Positions 1 to 8,933 of a stretch of DNA of 42,056 bases are shown here, one piece after another. Location of the stretch: the UHGV virus genome UHGV-0374040. One strand, 5' to 3'. Made by a program: the position numbers and the translations under genes. This DNA comes from a virus. The notes below the pieces were generated by a model, which did no database searches, was not told where the DNA came from, and was given only the letters and a program-made list of their open reading frames with translations. The first letter of the stretch is position 1. Each line of letters opens with the position of its first letter.

Positions 1-185
1 ATATTTTTCTTTTTTCGATTTTGAGGAGTCGTCTTTGTCATCCGCTAATATGATTTTCATAAGCGTTTTATGCCTATCACTTTTTCCCCTGTCTAAATAC
101 CACTCTGGATCATTGATCAATAATAATAATTCGCTCCATGCCTGTTGCTGCGCTGGTGTTTTCCGGCTTCTCATATGAACACCTC

Positions 186-623
186 CTAGAACGGCAGATC
201 GTCATCACCAATATCGATCGATGAACCATTGAATGGATCAGACTCCACATTGTTTGTATTTGTATTCTGCTGTGACTTATCATCTTGACGTTTCTCATTG
301 TTACTACGAGATTCCAATAACTGGAAATTATCAGCAACAACTTCTGTCACATAGACACGTTGGCCCTGCTGATTCTCATAGTTTCTTGTTTGAATCCGCC
401 CGGTCACCCCTAGCAGAGTTCCTTTTTTAGCGTAATTGGCTAACGTCTCTGCTGACTTCCGCCAAATTACGCAGTTAATAAAGTCTGCATCTCTGTTACC
501 ATCTTGATTGGTAAAATTTCTGTTCACTGCAAGAGTGAATGTTGCTACTCCTGTGCCATTTGCCGTATATCGTAAATCAGCATCCTTTGTTAATCGCCCG
601 ACCAAAACTACATTGTTGATCAT
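186..623 (-). CDS. ssb: Single-stranded DNA-binding protein (SSB)
   Basis: 145 aa with an OB-fold SSB pattern and an acidic C-terminal tail ending DDDLPF. The start abuts the stop of the upstream replication gene, suggesting translational coupling. Confidence 0.9.
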   Translation of the reverse strand: MINNVVLVGRLTKDADLRYTANGTGVATFTLAVNRNFTNQDGNRDADFINCVIWRKSAETLANYAKKGTLLGVTGRIQTRNYENQQGQRVYVTEVVADNFQLLESRSNNEKRQDDKSQQNTNTNNVESDPFNGSSIDIGDDDLPF

Positions 624-1490
624 TTAATTGCCTCCGTTTTTCTCTATCAATATTTTTAATCCTTCTAGTTCATTTGGTTTAAGTTTTTTCCGTTTAGCAT
701 ATTCCTCAAGAGTTAATCCTTTTTCAAACTCCTTTTCGCGTATATATACTTCGTACTGCATAGCTGAATAACTTTCTGTTCGTGGTCGATTATTCTGGTA
801 GTTCTGCTTCCTTGGCATAGACAATTGATTTTGATTGGAATTGTCTTTCTTTGCCCACTTACGAATTACAGCTAAGTAGTTCTTATAAGTTCTTCCAGAA
901 GTAGCACAATACTCTGAGACATTCTCAATCCGTTTCTGCCAATCAGAGGGAAATTCAGATTTCAGCTTTTCAAGTTCTTGATCACTTAATAAAACATTTT
1001 TATATTCCCCATATTTATGACGAGCTGGTGTAGCCTTCGGCTGAGAAGGCGTTATATCTTTTCTATCCTTACCTAACCTATCCTTACCTAACCTAACCTG
1101 TGTATCCATTTGGTATGTCGGTTGGTTGTCATCTGGTATACCACCTTGATCAAGGGAGTATGATTTGTTCCATTTTTCGCTTAACAGCGCCTTTTCATCT
1201 TGATACATCGTTGGTTTAAAACGATCATTTCGAATATAGTTATGAATTTTCCAATGCTTGATTACAATTACTCCACTCTCAAAGGCTAGTATGAAATTCT
1301 TTGCCATTAATAGTCGCAAATCATCATCTGACGAACCAATCATTCGTTGTATCTTTTTTGGATTATTAATAAATCCTTCATCGTCCGCTCGCATAGACAA
1401 GTGAAAATACAGTGATTGTGACGACAGCGGCATATCTAAGAAAGCATCACTATCAATGATCGTTTTTGCAAACATCCTACGTTCTGCCAC
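624..1490 (-). CDS. Phage replisome organizer / DnaD-like replication protein
   Basis: 288 aa. The N-terminus (MFAKTIIDSDAFLDMPLSSQSLYFHL) matches the phage replisome-organizer N-domain. The C-terminal YKNYLAVIRKWAK fits the DnaD-type YxxxIxxW motif. It carries internal tandem repeats (see repeat feature). Confidence 0.7.
   Translation of the reverse strand: MAERRMFAKTIIDSDAFLDMPLSSQSLYFHLSMRADDEGFINNPKKIQRMIGSSDDDLRLLMAKNFILAFESGVIVIKHWKIHNYIRNDRFKPTMYQDEKALLSEKWNKSYSLDQGGIPDDNQPTYQMDTQVRLGKDRLGKDRKDITPSQPKATPARHKYGEYKNVLLSDQELEKLKSEFPSDWQKRIENVSEYCATSGRTYKNYLAVIRKWAKKDNSNQNQLSMPRKQNYQNNRPRTESYSAMQYEVYIREKEFEKGLTLEEYAKRKKLKPNELEGLKILIEKNGGN
1063..1099 (-). repeat. 2.5 tandem copies of the 15-mer CTATCCTTACCTAAC inside the DnaD-like gene; candidate origin iterons
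   Basis: Direct tandem repeat seen in the sequence. It encodes LGKDR-LGKDR. Phage origins often lie inside the replisome-organizer gene. Confidence 0.45.
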
Positions 1491-1503
1491 TTTATCCCTC
1501 CTG

Positions 1504-1698
1504 CTAAGCTCTTAACCAATATATTTTTCCGTCGTCAGCTCGAACGAGTACATGGGGCTGACCGAATTTATCATAGGCTGTTTTTGCTTGAATACTTTTT
1601 ATTTTTAGGGCTTTTCCATACCAGAAAAATGTTTCACCAACTGTATAACCTGATTTCTCAAAAACCATTCTTATCCCGCCCTTTCTGGCAATTGCCAA
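1504..1698 (-). CDS. Hypothetical small protein
   Basis: 64-aa ORF in the early operon, same strand and tight packing. Confidence 0.35.
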   Translation of the reverse strand: MAIARKGGIRMVFEKSGYTVGETFFWYGKALKIKSIQAKTAYDKFGQPHVLVRADDGKIYWLRA

Positions 1699-2423
1699 TC
1701 CTTTATTTCATAATCTGGATTATCGTCCAATTCTTTCATCTGTTTTTCACTCATAAGACCGAAGTCGAGTATTTGTTGATCAGATAGTTTGATTGCTCCT
1801 ACATGCCACTTTTTACAAAACTCATCGTAACCAAGTTGATGGATCTCATTGTGTAGTTCAGCTCTCAATATCATGTAGTAGCGCCCACGATGATCAACCT
1901 TTGAACGTTTACCCATCCCTACAGCATTTACATGGTGAATGTGTAGAACGGCATCTTGGCGGCGCGCTTGAGTCGCAAAGCAGCGATTGTGGAGTGCTGA
2001 CAAGAACATCTTTCTATTTATGTCATAGACCAAATACAAATCTTTCCCGTCAAATGGAATGTCATAATGAAAACAGTATTCGACCAACCATGAGATAAAC
2101 TGTGTTGCTAAATCTTTGCTGCAATTCGATAATGAGAATAGTTGTTCATAAGGCAGTCCTCGATCAATACAAAACTTAATCTTTAGATTATCTTCGGTAT
2201 TCTGAATGAACCATTCATTGTCCGTATAACTGTCGATGTCTCTAATCAACGCATGAGCGATTTTCTGCTGTGGACGAGTTACTTTATTCGGGTTGAACGC
2301 TTGAGCCGTCAACAACGTTTTACGCTGTTTGACGAGCAGTTCTAACTCTTCTTTACTGTCATCGATCGGTCGAACTACAAAGTCGCCGTTCGACTGCTTA
2401 CCTACTATGCGCATACTTAACAT
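1671..2423 (-). CDS. Hypothetical early protein with an HNH-like motif (HIHHVN...HNEIH)
   Basis: 250-aa ORF with an RBS (AGAGAAGTGA) 5 nt after the upstream stop. The His/Asn spacing suggests an HNH-type nuclease, possibly DUF968-like, but the family is not confirmed. Confidence 0.45.
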   Translation of the reverse strand: MLSMRIVGKQSNGDFVVRPIDDSKEELELLVKQRKTLLTAQAFNPNKVTRPQQKIAHALIRDIDSYTDNEWFIQNTEDNLKIKFCIDRGLPYEQLFSLSNCSKDLATQFISWLVEYCFHYDIPFDGKDLYLVYDINRKMFLSALHNRCFATQARRQDAVLHIHHVNAVGMGKRSKVDHRGRYYMILRAELHNEIHQLGYDEFCKKWHVGAIKLSDQQILDFGLMSEKQMKELDDNPDYEIKDWQLPERAG

Positions 2424-2428
2424 TCAAA

Positions 2429-3154
2429 TCACTTCTCTTGTTTACTTTTGTCGGCATCTTCTAGCTGTTGTTTTAGCCATCCCACACCGCGTTTGAGCAT
2501 TCCCAAATCGCCCTTAGTCCACTTAGAATCATCAGCAGGTATTTTTGCGGTATCAGCAAGCTGTAAAATCATCCAATCCAAGTCCTTATCGTATTGATCT
2601 GCGATTTTTTGCATTGTTTTAATAAATAGTTTCTTACTACGATCGCTGGCCTCTTCTAACATGCTCACATCCTCGGGCATATCTTCTCCTGTGAAAATGT
2701 ATAGGCCTAATCCAAACATAGCTAGATTCTTGACCAAACACCGCATAATAGTTTTGTTAATGTCGAACATTGTTGCTGCTTCGCAAGTGCGATCAATATA
2801 GTTTCCTGTCCACTTACTATCTTTGTATTCTTTGACTTTGTAGGTATATGGTTCATCCTTCATTGCTTTATTTGAACTGTCCATTACTGGTAACCACATT
2901 TCTCTTGTTACCCCATTGATCGTAATTTCAGTGAAGACCATATAACCTGTTTTTGAATCAAAAATATACGGTTGTTTGGTTACTTCGTCCTTGTAGACTG
3001 AGTAATCAATTGAGTTGACACGTTTACTCACTTCGGCCCACGCCCATGCCCAAGAAAGGTAGGTGAGCTTATTCCGTTTCTCCGCTACATCCTTTACATC
3101 TATTTGGTAAAGAAGATTAAAAAGTTGATTATCTTCCCTAGTAAACTCACTCAC
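2429..3154 (-). CDS. Putative single-strand annealing protein (Rad52/Sak/DUF1071-like)
   Basis: 241 aa, located in the recombination/replication module upstream of SSB. Contains the LSWAWAW region typical of Rad52-like phage annealing proteins. The family call is from memory and needs HMM confirmation. Confidence 0.5.
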   Translation of the reverse strand: MSEFTREDNQLFNLLYQIDVKDVAEKRNKLTYLSWAWAWAEVSKRVNSIDYSVYKDEVTKQPYIFDSKTGYMVFTEITINGVTREMWLPVMDSSNKAMKDEPYTYKVKEYKDSKWTGNYIDRTCEAATMFDINKTIMRCLVKNLAMFGLGLYIFTGEDMPEDVSMLEEASDRSKKLFIKTMQKIADQYDKDLDWMILQLADTAKIPADDSKWTKGDLGMLKRGVGWLKQQLEDADKSKQEK

Positions 3155-3497
3155 TGAATATCTCCTCCATTTCTTTCATCGTCTCCTTCATTTCCTTTTT
3201 GAAGGTTTTACCATAACTGTATTTTGAAAGTTTTGCCGCTACTAGTTCTACTTCAAATTCGTCAAGTAACTCCTGGGCACGCTCGAATAGTACAAAAAAT
3301 ACCTTTGTACCTGTTTCTGTCTCAATCAACAAATGATAAACTGTGTCAGTATCATAAATTGGCGCTCCTGTGTCATCTTGATAAAATTCAACTGATTCAC
3401 CAAAAGCATTTTTGCGAGTCTCTGGCGCAATTTCAAGCAGTTCAGGAACTGCGGTTATTTTTTTGTCTAGCGCTACTTTCTCTTTTTCTGATAGCAT
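3147..3497 (-). CDS. Hypothetical acidic early protein
   Basis: 116-aa ORF whose end overlaps the start of the next gene by 8 nt, suggesting operon coupling. Confidence 0.45.
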   Translation of the reverse strand: MLSEKEKVALDKKITAVPELLEIAPETRKNAFGESVEFYQDDTGAPIYDTDTVYHLLIETETGTKVFFVLFERAQELLDEFEVELVAAKLSKYSYGKTFKKEMKETMKEMEEIFSE

Positions 3498-3735
3498 GTT
3501 ATAATCACCTCAAATCGAATTTCATTTGCTCACTAATTGCTTGCCGGCGTAGTGAGCTTTTTTTGTTCCCAAGCTTTTCTGCGTTCAATATTCTGTTTTG
3601 CTAGAATCGTTGACTCGTTATGATGCCACCATCGATCAGCAATGATTTTTCCAATTTGTAATGCTTCTTTTTTACTCACGTTCTTCTCACCCCTTTCAAT
3701 TTGATATAATGGTTTAAAAACTGGATGGTGATATT

Positions 3736-4239
3736 ATGGAATTCTTAGGATTATCCATTTTCCAATGGATGTCGATAATTAGCTTCCTTCTTAGTACTTC
3801 GTTGACGATAGTAAAAATCAGAGGAATGCGTCCACAATTAGAAGTAGCTCTGAATGCTTCTTACTTTGCAGCCGATATGCTTTATACAAAGATAATCGTC
3901 TCTAATTTTTCAACTGAGCCAGCAATGTTGGTGAATCTAGAACTTTTATCAGATAAGCTAGATCATAAATGGGCTGCGACTCCATATAGAAAGCTAATTG
4001 CTAAAGGAGGATCGACAGGTGACAACCGAATTTATTCAGAATCAGTTCCTTTAAATATCCCTCCGAAAAGTGCAATGTCTTTTTATTTAGCTTTCGAAGT
4101 AGGCAATAAAAACTTTAATGGTGTATTGAGTAATCAAACTAAAATGATTTTCAGTCTAAACCGAACACAGATAAGTAAAATGGTTGATATCAAAAATACA
4201 AACTCGCCAATAGAGAAGTTAGTGAAAGAATTAAACTAA
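3736..4239 (+). CDS. Opposite-strand moron: N-terminally membrane-anchored protein
   Basis: 167 aa with an N-terminal TM helix. It has its own extended -10 promoter (TTTGATATAAT at 3699-3710), an RBS (GGATGGTGA), and a downstream hairpin plus T-run. It is transcribed against the early operon. Confidence 0.55.
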   Translation: MEFLGLSIFQWMSIISFLLSTSLTIVKIRGMRPQLEVALNASYFAADMLYTKIIVSNFSTEPAMLVNLELLSDKLDHKWAATPYRKLIAKGGSTGDNRIYSESVPLNIPPKSAMSFYLAFEVGNKNFNGVLSNQTKMIFSLNRTQISKMVDIKNTNSPIEKLVKELN

Positions 4240-4271
4240 ATATAAGTAGTCCAAATTCAATTTTGTCTCGT

Positions 4272-4463
4272 CTACTCATAGTCAGCCCCCTCGGCTGGCT
4301 TTTTTACTTCGTATTCAGTTACGTCATAGATAAGTACCAATCCGAACACTGCAGTTACATAAACTGCCTTTAACCATTCTGGAATACTTCCTGTCAGTGC
4401 TGCACCTATCCCGAACGCCAATAGCATTGCTCCTGTTCTACGGAGCCAATAGAGTTTTTTCAT
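4272..4463 (-). CDS. Small two-TM membrane protein
   Basis: Start chosen at MKKLYWLRR with RBS AAGAGGAGAG 5 nt upstream. The longer ORF start would overlap the upstream stop. Hydrophobic. Confidence 0.45.
   Translation of the reverse strand: MKKLYWLRRTGAMLLAFGIGAALTGSIPEWLKAVYVTAVFGLVLIYDVTEYEVKKPAEGADYE
4276..4300 (+). terminator. Rho-independent terminator after the plus-strand moron
   Basis: CAGCC-CCCTC-GGCTG hairpin followed by GCTTTTTT. Confidence 0.4.
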
Positions 4464-4476
4464 TTTTTCTCTCCTC

Positions 4477-4950
4477 TTAAGCAATCTCTAATCCTTCAAC
4501 ATCGTCAGCATTCAAGTAAGCTATTTCTTTTTGCCGTGCTGTTAATCGTAATTGGTAATCTTTTAAGTTGCTTAATGACACGATTTCTATAACTTGTTTT
4601 GCCCTAGTAAAATCAATACGGCGAATATCATAGTATCTCGGTACATTAAAAGTTTCTTTTAATCGCTTGTAGATGATTCCGCGGAAGTGTCCAACTTTAG
4701 CCAAAAACAAATCATCTGACACTTTATGATCGAAGTATTCTTTTGCTAAATCCCATGCTTTCTTCCCAACTGCTGACTGAATTTCTGCTCCTTCGTGACG
4801 GTTCAATGTGATACTATCTCGCAATTCTTGAACATCCTTCGTGATTTCCTCTTTCATCTTGGAAACGTCGCTCTTGATTAGGCGCATTTCTTTCACCAAA
4901 ACTAATTGATTTTCTAGGGTTTTCTCTAGTTCTAATAGCTGATTACTCAT
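4477..4950 (-). CDS. Hypothetical early protein
   Basis: 157-aa ORF, coupled by an 8-nt overlap to the upstream gene. Confidence 0.45.
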   Translation of the reverse strand: MSNQLLELEKTLENQLVLVKEMRLIKSDVSKMKEEITKDVQELRDSITLNRHEGAEIQSAVGKKAWDLAKEYFDHKVSDDLFLAKVGHFRGIIYKRLKETFNVPRYYDIRRIDFTRAKQVIEIVSLSNLKDYQLRLTARQKEIAYLNADDVEGLEIA

Positions 4951-5860
4951 TGATAATCTCTCCTTCCAATATGTTGTTTTTGCTAATTGATTTTAAGTCA
5001 GATAAAAATTTCTCCAGCCTTTCGGTTAGAAAGTCTAGTTCTCTTTTTGCAAGTCCATCCCTCCTGATCACCTCTGACAAATCCTGATAGATTAAGATGC
5101 TTGCCTCTGACAAGAACTCATTCGATTTTTCTAATACATCTGATAGATTCTTGTAGTTAGAAATAAGTTGCTGAGTTTCGTTTAGTTTGCCTTCAGCTTG
5201 GTTGATTGCCTTTGATAGTTGTTCATACTTAGACGATTTCTCATCCACTTCTTTTCGTTCAGCTAACAAATATCTATAACTTGATTCAAGTTGCGAACTT
5301 CGTTCTTCTAATTCTGAATAGGATTGTTTCAAATTTTCGTAATCATCCGGAATTTTTTCAACAACTACTTCCTTTTCGATGACTCTTGGTTGTTGAATAC
5401 TCATGTCATTGATCACTTCTGAAAGGTTATCGATTTGTTCATCTTTCTTTTTTAGCTGCTTTTCTAATTCTCGATATTCCTTTGTGGTTTTTATATCGCC
5501 AGATAGAACTAACTCGACTGCTTCCGGTTCAGCAGAGGGTTTTGATATTTCAGTTCTTAACGTTGTTGGTAGTTCTTGGAACATATCTATCTGTTCCGAT
5601 TCGTGCATTTGATGCACGAATTTAGCTTGATTGATATAGTTGTAAACTGTTCTTTTTTTTAAACCAATAGAGGTAAACCAACTTTCAAAAGTACCGTTGT
5701 TAAATTTAGCGAGCTGCTCTTGAGCTTCGATTAATTTTTCACCGAGTTGAATCGAACCATTCAAAACGATTGTTCTCATTTCCTGCTCTTTTACTTTGAG
5801 AAAGCTAGCAGTCCGATCATCCACTATTGAATAGTCGAAAGTCTCGCTAATTTCATTCAT
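4943..5860 (-). CDS. DUF3102-like N-domain plus long coiled-coil early protein
   Basis: 305 aa. The N-terminus (TASFLKVKEQEMRTIV...GTFESWF...RTVYNYINQAKF) resembles DUF3102, common in phage early regions. The remainder is E/K-rich coiled coil. Confidence 0.45.
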   Translation of the reverse strand: MNEISETFDYSIVDDRTASFLKVKEQEMRTIVLNGSIQLGEKLIEAQEQLAKFNNGTFESWFTSIGLKKRTVYNYINQAKFVHQMHESEQIDMFQELPTTLRTEISKPSAEPEAVELVLSGDIKTTKEYRELEKQLKKKDEQIDNLSEVINDMSIQQPRVIEKEVVVEKIPDDYENLKQSYSELEERSSQLESSYRYLLAERKEVDEKSSKYEQLSKAINQAEGKLNETQQLISNYKNLSDVLEKSNEFLSEASILIYQDLSEVIRRDGLAKRELDFLTERLEKFLSDLKSISKNNILEGEIINE

Positions 5861-6156
5861 GCTGTTACCTCCTTACTTTTTATATTGTTCTGTAGACAAA
5901 ATTCTAACCAGCATTCCCGAATCTCTGGATACTTCCAAAGCCGCTTAGTTGTTGGTGAACATTCCAAAGCTTGTACGTCCGGAGTATTAATAAAATTTTT
6001 TTCTAAATATGTCACACTGTGACTCGTGATTTGTACTAACTTGTTAATATCGATGGTTGCGAACAGAATTTCTTTCGGCATTAACTTTTTTACTTCGTCA
6101 CGGATACACTCTTTCGCATACTCTACTGGATCAAATAGGTTTGGCTGATCTAACAT
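5857..6156 (-). CDS. Hypothetical early protein (first gene after cro)
   Basis: 99 aa with a strong RBS AGGAGGGGG 5 nt upstream. Confidence 0.5.
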   Translation of the reverse strand: MLDQPNLFDPVEYAKECIRDEVKKLMPKEILFATIDINKLVQITSHSVTYLEKNFINTPDVQALECSPTTKRLWKYPEIRECWLEFCLQNNIKSKEVTA

Positions 6157-6168
6157 ATTAACCCCCTC

Positions 6169-6345
6169 CTATTCCAAGTCCAAAGCAGCCTTAATTTCTT
6201 TGATTTTCTCTTTCGGACTTCGTTTTCCATTCATAATGTCAGACATATAAGCAGTTGAAATATTTAACTGCTTAGCTAACCAAGCTTGATTCTTTTCTTT
6301 CTTGACCAATGCAATTTTGATTTGCGTAATTAAATCTTGCGACAT
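6169..6345 (-). CDS. Cro/XRE-like HTH regulator (below the cutoff of the ORF track)
   Basis: 58-aa ORF that I translated myself. It contains an HTH (QAWLAKQLNISTAYMSDIMNGKRSP), has RBS GGAGAG upstream, and is divergent from the cI-like gene. Confidence 0.65.
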   Translation of the reverse strand: MSQDLITQIKIALVKKEKNQAWLAKQLNISTAYMSDIMNGKRSPKEKIKEIKAALDLE

Positions 6346-6402
6346 CGAAAATCACTCTCCCTCATTAATTTTTTGTAAGCTAATAAAATTCGCTAATTTA
6401 TA

Positions 6403-6614
6403 TTGACTTTTCTATCCAACTGTCTTATATTTAAATAAAGTTAAATAAGCCTAGAATTATCCCTATTAAAACAACATTCTTAGTTTGGCGACGTCGAATT
6501 GTTAATTTTTATTAGGTGTCTTTCTTATTGCTTGTTTGCTTATTAAATTAGCTTACGAGATAACTATAAGACAATTGGATAGAATTGTCAATAATTTCTA
6601 TCCAACTTTCTGGT
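6403..6614. promoter_or_regulatory. Lysis/lysogeny switch region: two face-to-face sigma-70-like promoters and three copies of an operator-like motif TCTATCCAAnTnTCT
   Basis: Plus strand: TTGACT(6403-6408)-17nt-TATATT(6426-6431). Minus strand: TTGACA(6591-6586)-18nt-TATAGT(6568-6563). Motif copies lie at 6411-6429, 6565-6583 (inverted) and 6596-6614. Confidence 0.45.
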
Positions 6615-6649
6615 ATTTTTTTCGTGTGCTCTAGAAAGGTTGTTATATC

Positions 6650-7006
6650 ATGCTTTTTGAACGGGTAAAAGAGCTCTCTAATAAAAGAGGGATATCAATT
6701 TCTGAGTTGGAAGATCGGATAGGATTTGGAAAGAACTCCATTTACAAATGGAAAAAGCAGAGTCCGAAAATAGAAACTCTGCAAAAGGTAGCTGATTATT
6801 TCCAAGTTTCTGCTGATTATCTTCTTGGTCGAACTGATAACCCTTCAACAAATCCAAAGGAAATCGATGTCAAAGATGATACTGTCATCATGACCTATGG
6901 CGGAAAACCTGTTTCAGATAAAGATCGTGAAATCATTCTTGCAGCAACACGAGCTCTTGTTGAACAAAGGGCACGTGAAGAGGAAGAAAGAAAAAAATCT
7001 AAGTAG
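6650..7006 (+). CDS. CI-like XRE-family repressor
   Basis: 118 aa with an N-terminal HTH (ISISELEDRIGFGKNSIYKWKKQ) and C-terminal dimerization-type region. Positioned upstream of ImmA and int. Confidence 0.75.
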   Translation: MLFERVKELSNKRGISISELEDRIGFGKNSIYKWKKQSPKIETLQKVADYFQVSADYLLGRTDNPSTNPKEIDVKDDTVIMTYGGKPVSDKDREIILAATRALVEQRAREEEERKKSK

Positions 7007-7014
7007 GTGTCTGT

Positions 7015-7425
7015 ATGTTAATTTTTTTGAGAAACTTTGCCAAAAAAATAGGTGTGGATGTACTCTATTTAAATGATATTGATGAGGATGGGTGCTATCT
7101 GCCAGAACACAATGTAATATACATCCATCCTGGATTGTCTGAATACGAAGAAATCCAAGTTTTGTCACATGAATTATCCCATGCTTCTAAGCATAAAAAT
7201 TTCTACAACGAGTACAAAGACTCTTATATTTCACATTGTAAAGCGGAAAACGAGGCAGATATAGAAGCAGTAAAAACTTCTCTATCGCATTATTTAAACA
7301 ATGCACAAGTGACTGATAGATCACAATTAAACTGGATTTATTTTATGGATTGCTATAATATCGATTATTCATTAGAGCCAGTCGTAAAGAAATGGATGCC
7401 TATCATTTATCAGCAAGTGTATTGA
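7015..7425 (+). CDS. immA: ImmA/IrrE-family metallopeptidase (anti-repressor protease)
   Basis: 136 aa with a HExxH motif (SHELSH), immediately downstream of the repressor as in ImmR/ImmA pairs. Confidence 0.75.
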   Translation: MLIFLRNFAKKIGVDVLYLNDIDEDGCYLPEHNVIYIHPGLSEYEEIQVLSHELSHASKHKNFYNEYKDSYISHCKAENEADIEAVKTSLSHYLNNAQVTDRSQLNWIYFMDCYNIDYSLEPVVKKWMPIIYQQVY

Positions 7426-7481
7426 TTATTATTTTTTTTAGAAAAAACAGAACGTACGTTCGTAAAACAGGAGGCTATTCC

Positions 7482-7700
7482 ATGGCTATTGATAAGCAAC
7501 CACTGACGGCAAAGGAACTTATTGAAATTCTTCAGAAAGTTCCACCTGATACTGATCTTTACGTTAATGGATACATTTCATGGGAGCACGGCTTCGTGAA
7601 TGTTGATTTCCCAATTACTTCAGTACAAAAATTAAAAACTTATGCTGAAAGCAATCAAAATTATATTGAGCTGTTCGGAAAATCTAAGACGGAGGACTAA
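7482..7700 (+). CDS. Hypothetical protein upstream of int
   Basis: Start chosen at MAIDKQPL with RBS ACAGGAGG. The longer ORF start would overlap immA. Confidence 0.45.
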   Translation: MAIDKQPLTAKELIEILQKVPPDTDLYVNGYISWEHGFVNVDFPITSVQKLKTYAESNQNYIELFGKSKTED

Positions 7701-7703
7701 TTT

Positions 7704-8933
7704 ATGGCTACATTCAGAAAACGCGGTAAAAAATGGGAGTATCGTATTCGTTACGTTGATCCCATTACAGGTAAAAAAACTGAGCATAGCAAAGGTGGAT
7801 TTGACACGAAGCCAGAAGCGGAGTATGCAGCTGCGGAAGCGTATATAGATGTTAAAGACGGAACCGTGGCTAAAAATCCCAATATTCTGTTCAGAGACTA
7901 CGCAGACAGTTGGTTTGACACTTATAAGGGTTCTGTCAAAGAAACGTCTCTACGATCACGTGAGACCTATTTAAACACACTCAAGGATACGTTTAAACAA
8001 TTACGTTTGAACAAACTCACTCACAACCTTTATCAAAAGAAACTGAATGAGCTATCTAAACGATATAAACGGAATTCACTTATAGCCGTGAACCAGGTCG
8101 CGCAGATGATTGCAAAGCAAGCGGTAAAAGATGGATACTTCAAATCGAACCCAATTACTGACATAAAAATACCGCATTACGAAGATTCAAATGAAAAAAT
8201 CGAATTTTGGGAATTAGTCGATATCCAGAAATTTAGAGATTATTGTTTATCTGAAATAAATAAAAAGAGAAAAAAAGGTAGTTACTACATCACATTAGAA
8301 AAACAACGCGATCTCGCTTTGTTTTATTTGCTGATTTATGGTGGCTTTAGAATAGGCGAAGCTTGTGCATTGCACATGAATGATTATTACCCACTGACCA
8401 AAGAAATAAATATATCAAAAACATTGGGTTCACCAGCTTCAAATCAATTAAAAAATAGCTATAAGATTTTTCCGCCAAAAACAAAAAGTGCTTATAGGAC
8501 TATTCCTCTACCAGAGATTGCCTATAAGCAACTAGAAAATTGGATAAACCTACGAAATGAATATGCTGAACTCTTTCCATTGGTTTTCCAAGAATCACAA
8601 TTTTTATTTTGTAAAAAGGACGGTTCACCCATGACTCCTAGAGACATGAGAACTAAATTTAACGTGATAATAAACAAAGCAAATCTAACAAAAATTACAT
8701 TACATGGCTTGCGCCACACATACACTGCTCTGCAAATCCAAGCGGGGACTGATCCAAAATCATTGCAGATGTTACTAGGGCATTCTAATGTAAAAACCAC
8801 TTTAGACATCTATGCTCACATTACCGGAGACAAACGTAGAGAAACTATTTCGCAATTTGATAAAATGCTTAAGCAACTCGACGGCGGGGCAAAAGCGGGG
8901 CAAGATCCAAAACCCGAAATATCGAACCCTTGA
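7704..8933 (+). CDS. int: Tyrosine integrase
   Basis: 409 aa. The C-terminal catalytic region (LRHTYTALQ...LLGHSNVKTTLDIYAHI) carries the R..HxxR..Y signature. Confidence 0.9.
   Translation: MATFRKRGKKWEYRIRYVDPITGKKTEHSKGGFDTKPEAEYAAAEAYIDVKDGTVAKNPNILFRDYADSWFDTYKGSVKETSLRSRETYLNTLKDTFKQLRLNKLTHNLYQKKLNELSKRYKRNSLIAVNQVAQMIAKQAVKDGYFKSNPITDIKIPHYEDSNEKIEFWELVDIQKFRDYCLSEINKKRKKGSYYITLEKQRDLALFYLLIYGGFRIGEACALHMNDYYPLTKEINISKTLGSPASNQLKNSYKIFPPKTKSAYRTIPLPEIAYKQLENWINLRNEYAELFPLVFQESQFLFCKKDGSPMTPRDMRTKFNVIINKANLTKITLHGLRHTYTALQIQAGTDPKSLQMLLGHSNVKTTLDIYAHITGDKRRETISQFDKMLKQLDGGAKAGQDPKPEISNP

Noticed and set aside
110-430. Two ORF-track ORFs (110-340 on minus, 233-430 on plus) overlapping the SSB gene
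   Set aside because: They lie entirely within or antisense to a clearly conserved SSB coding sequence. They have no RBS and low-complexity translations, so they are spurious.
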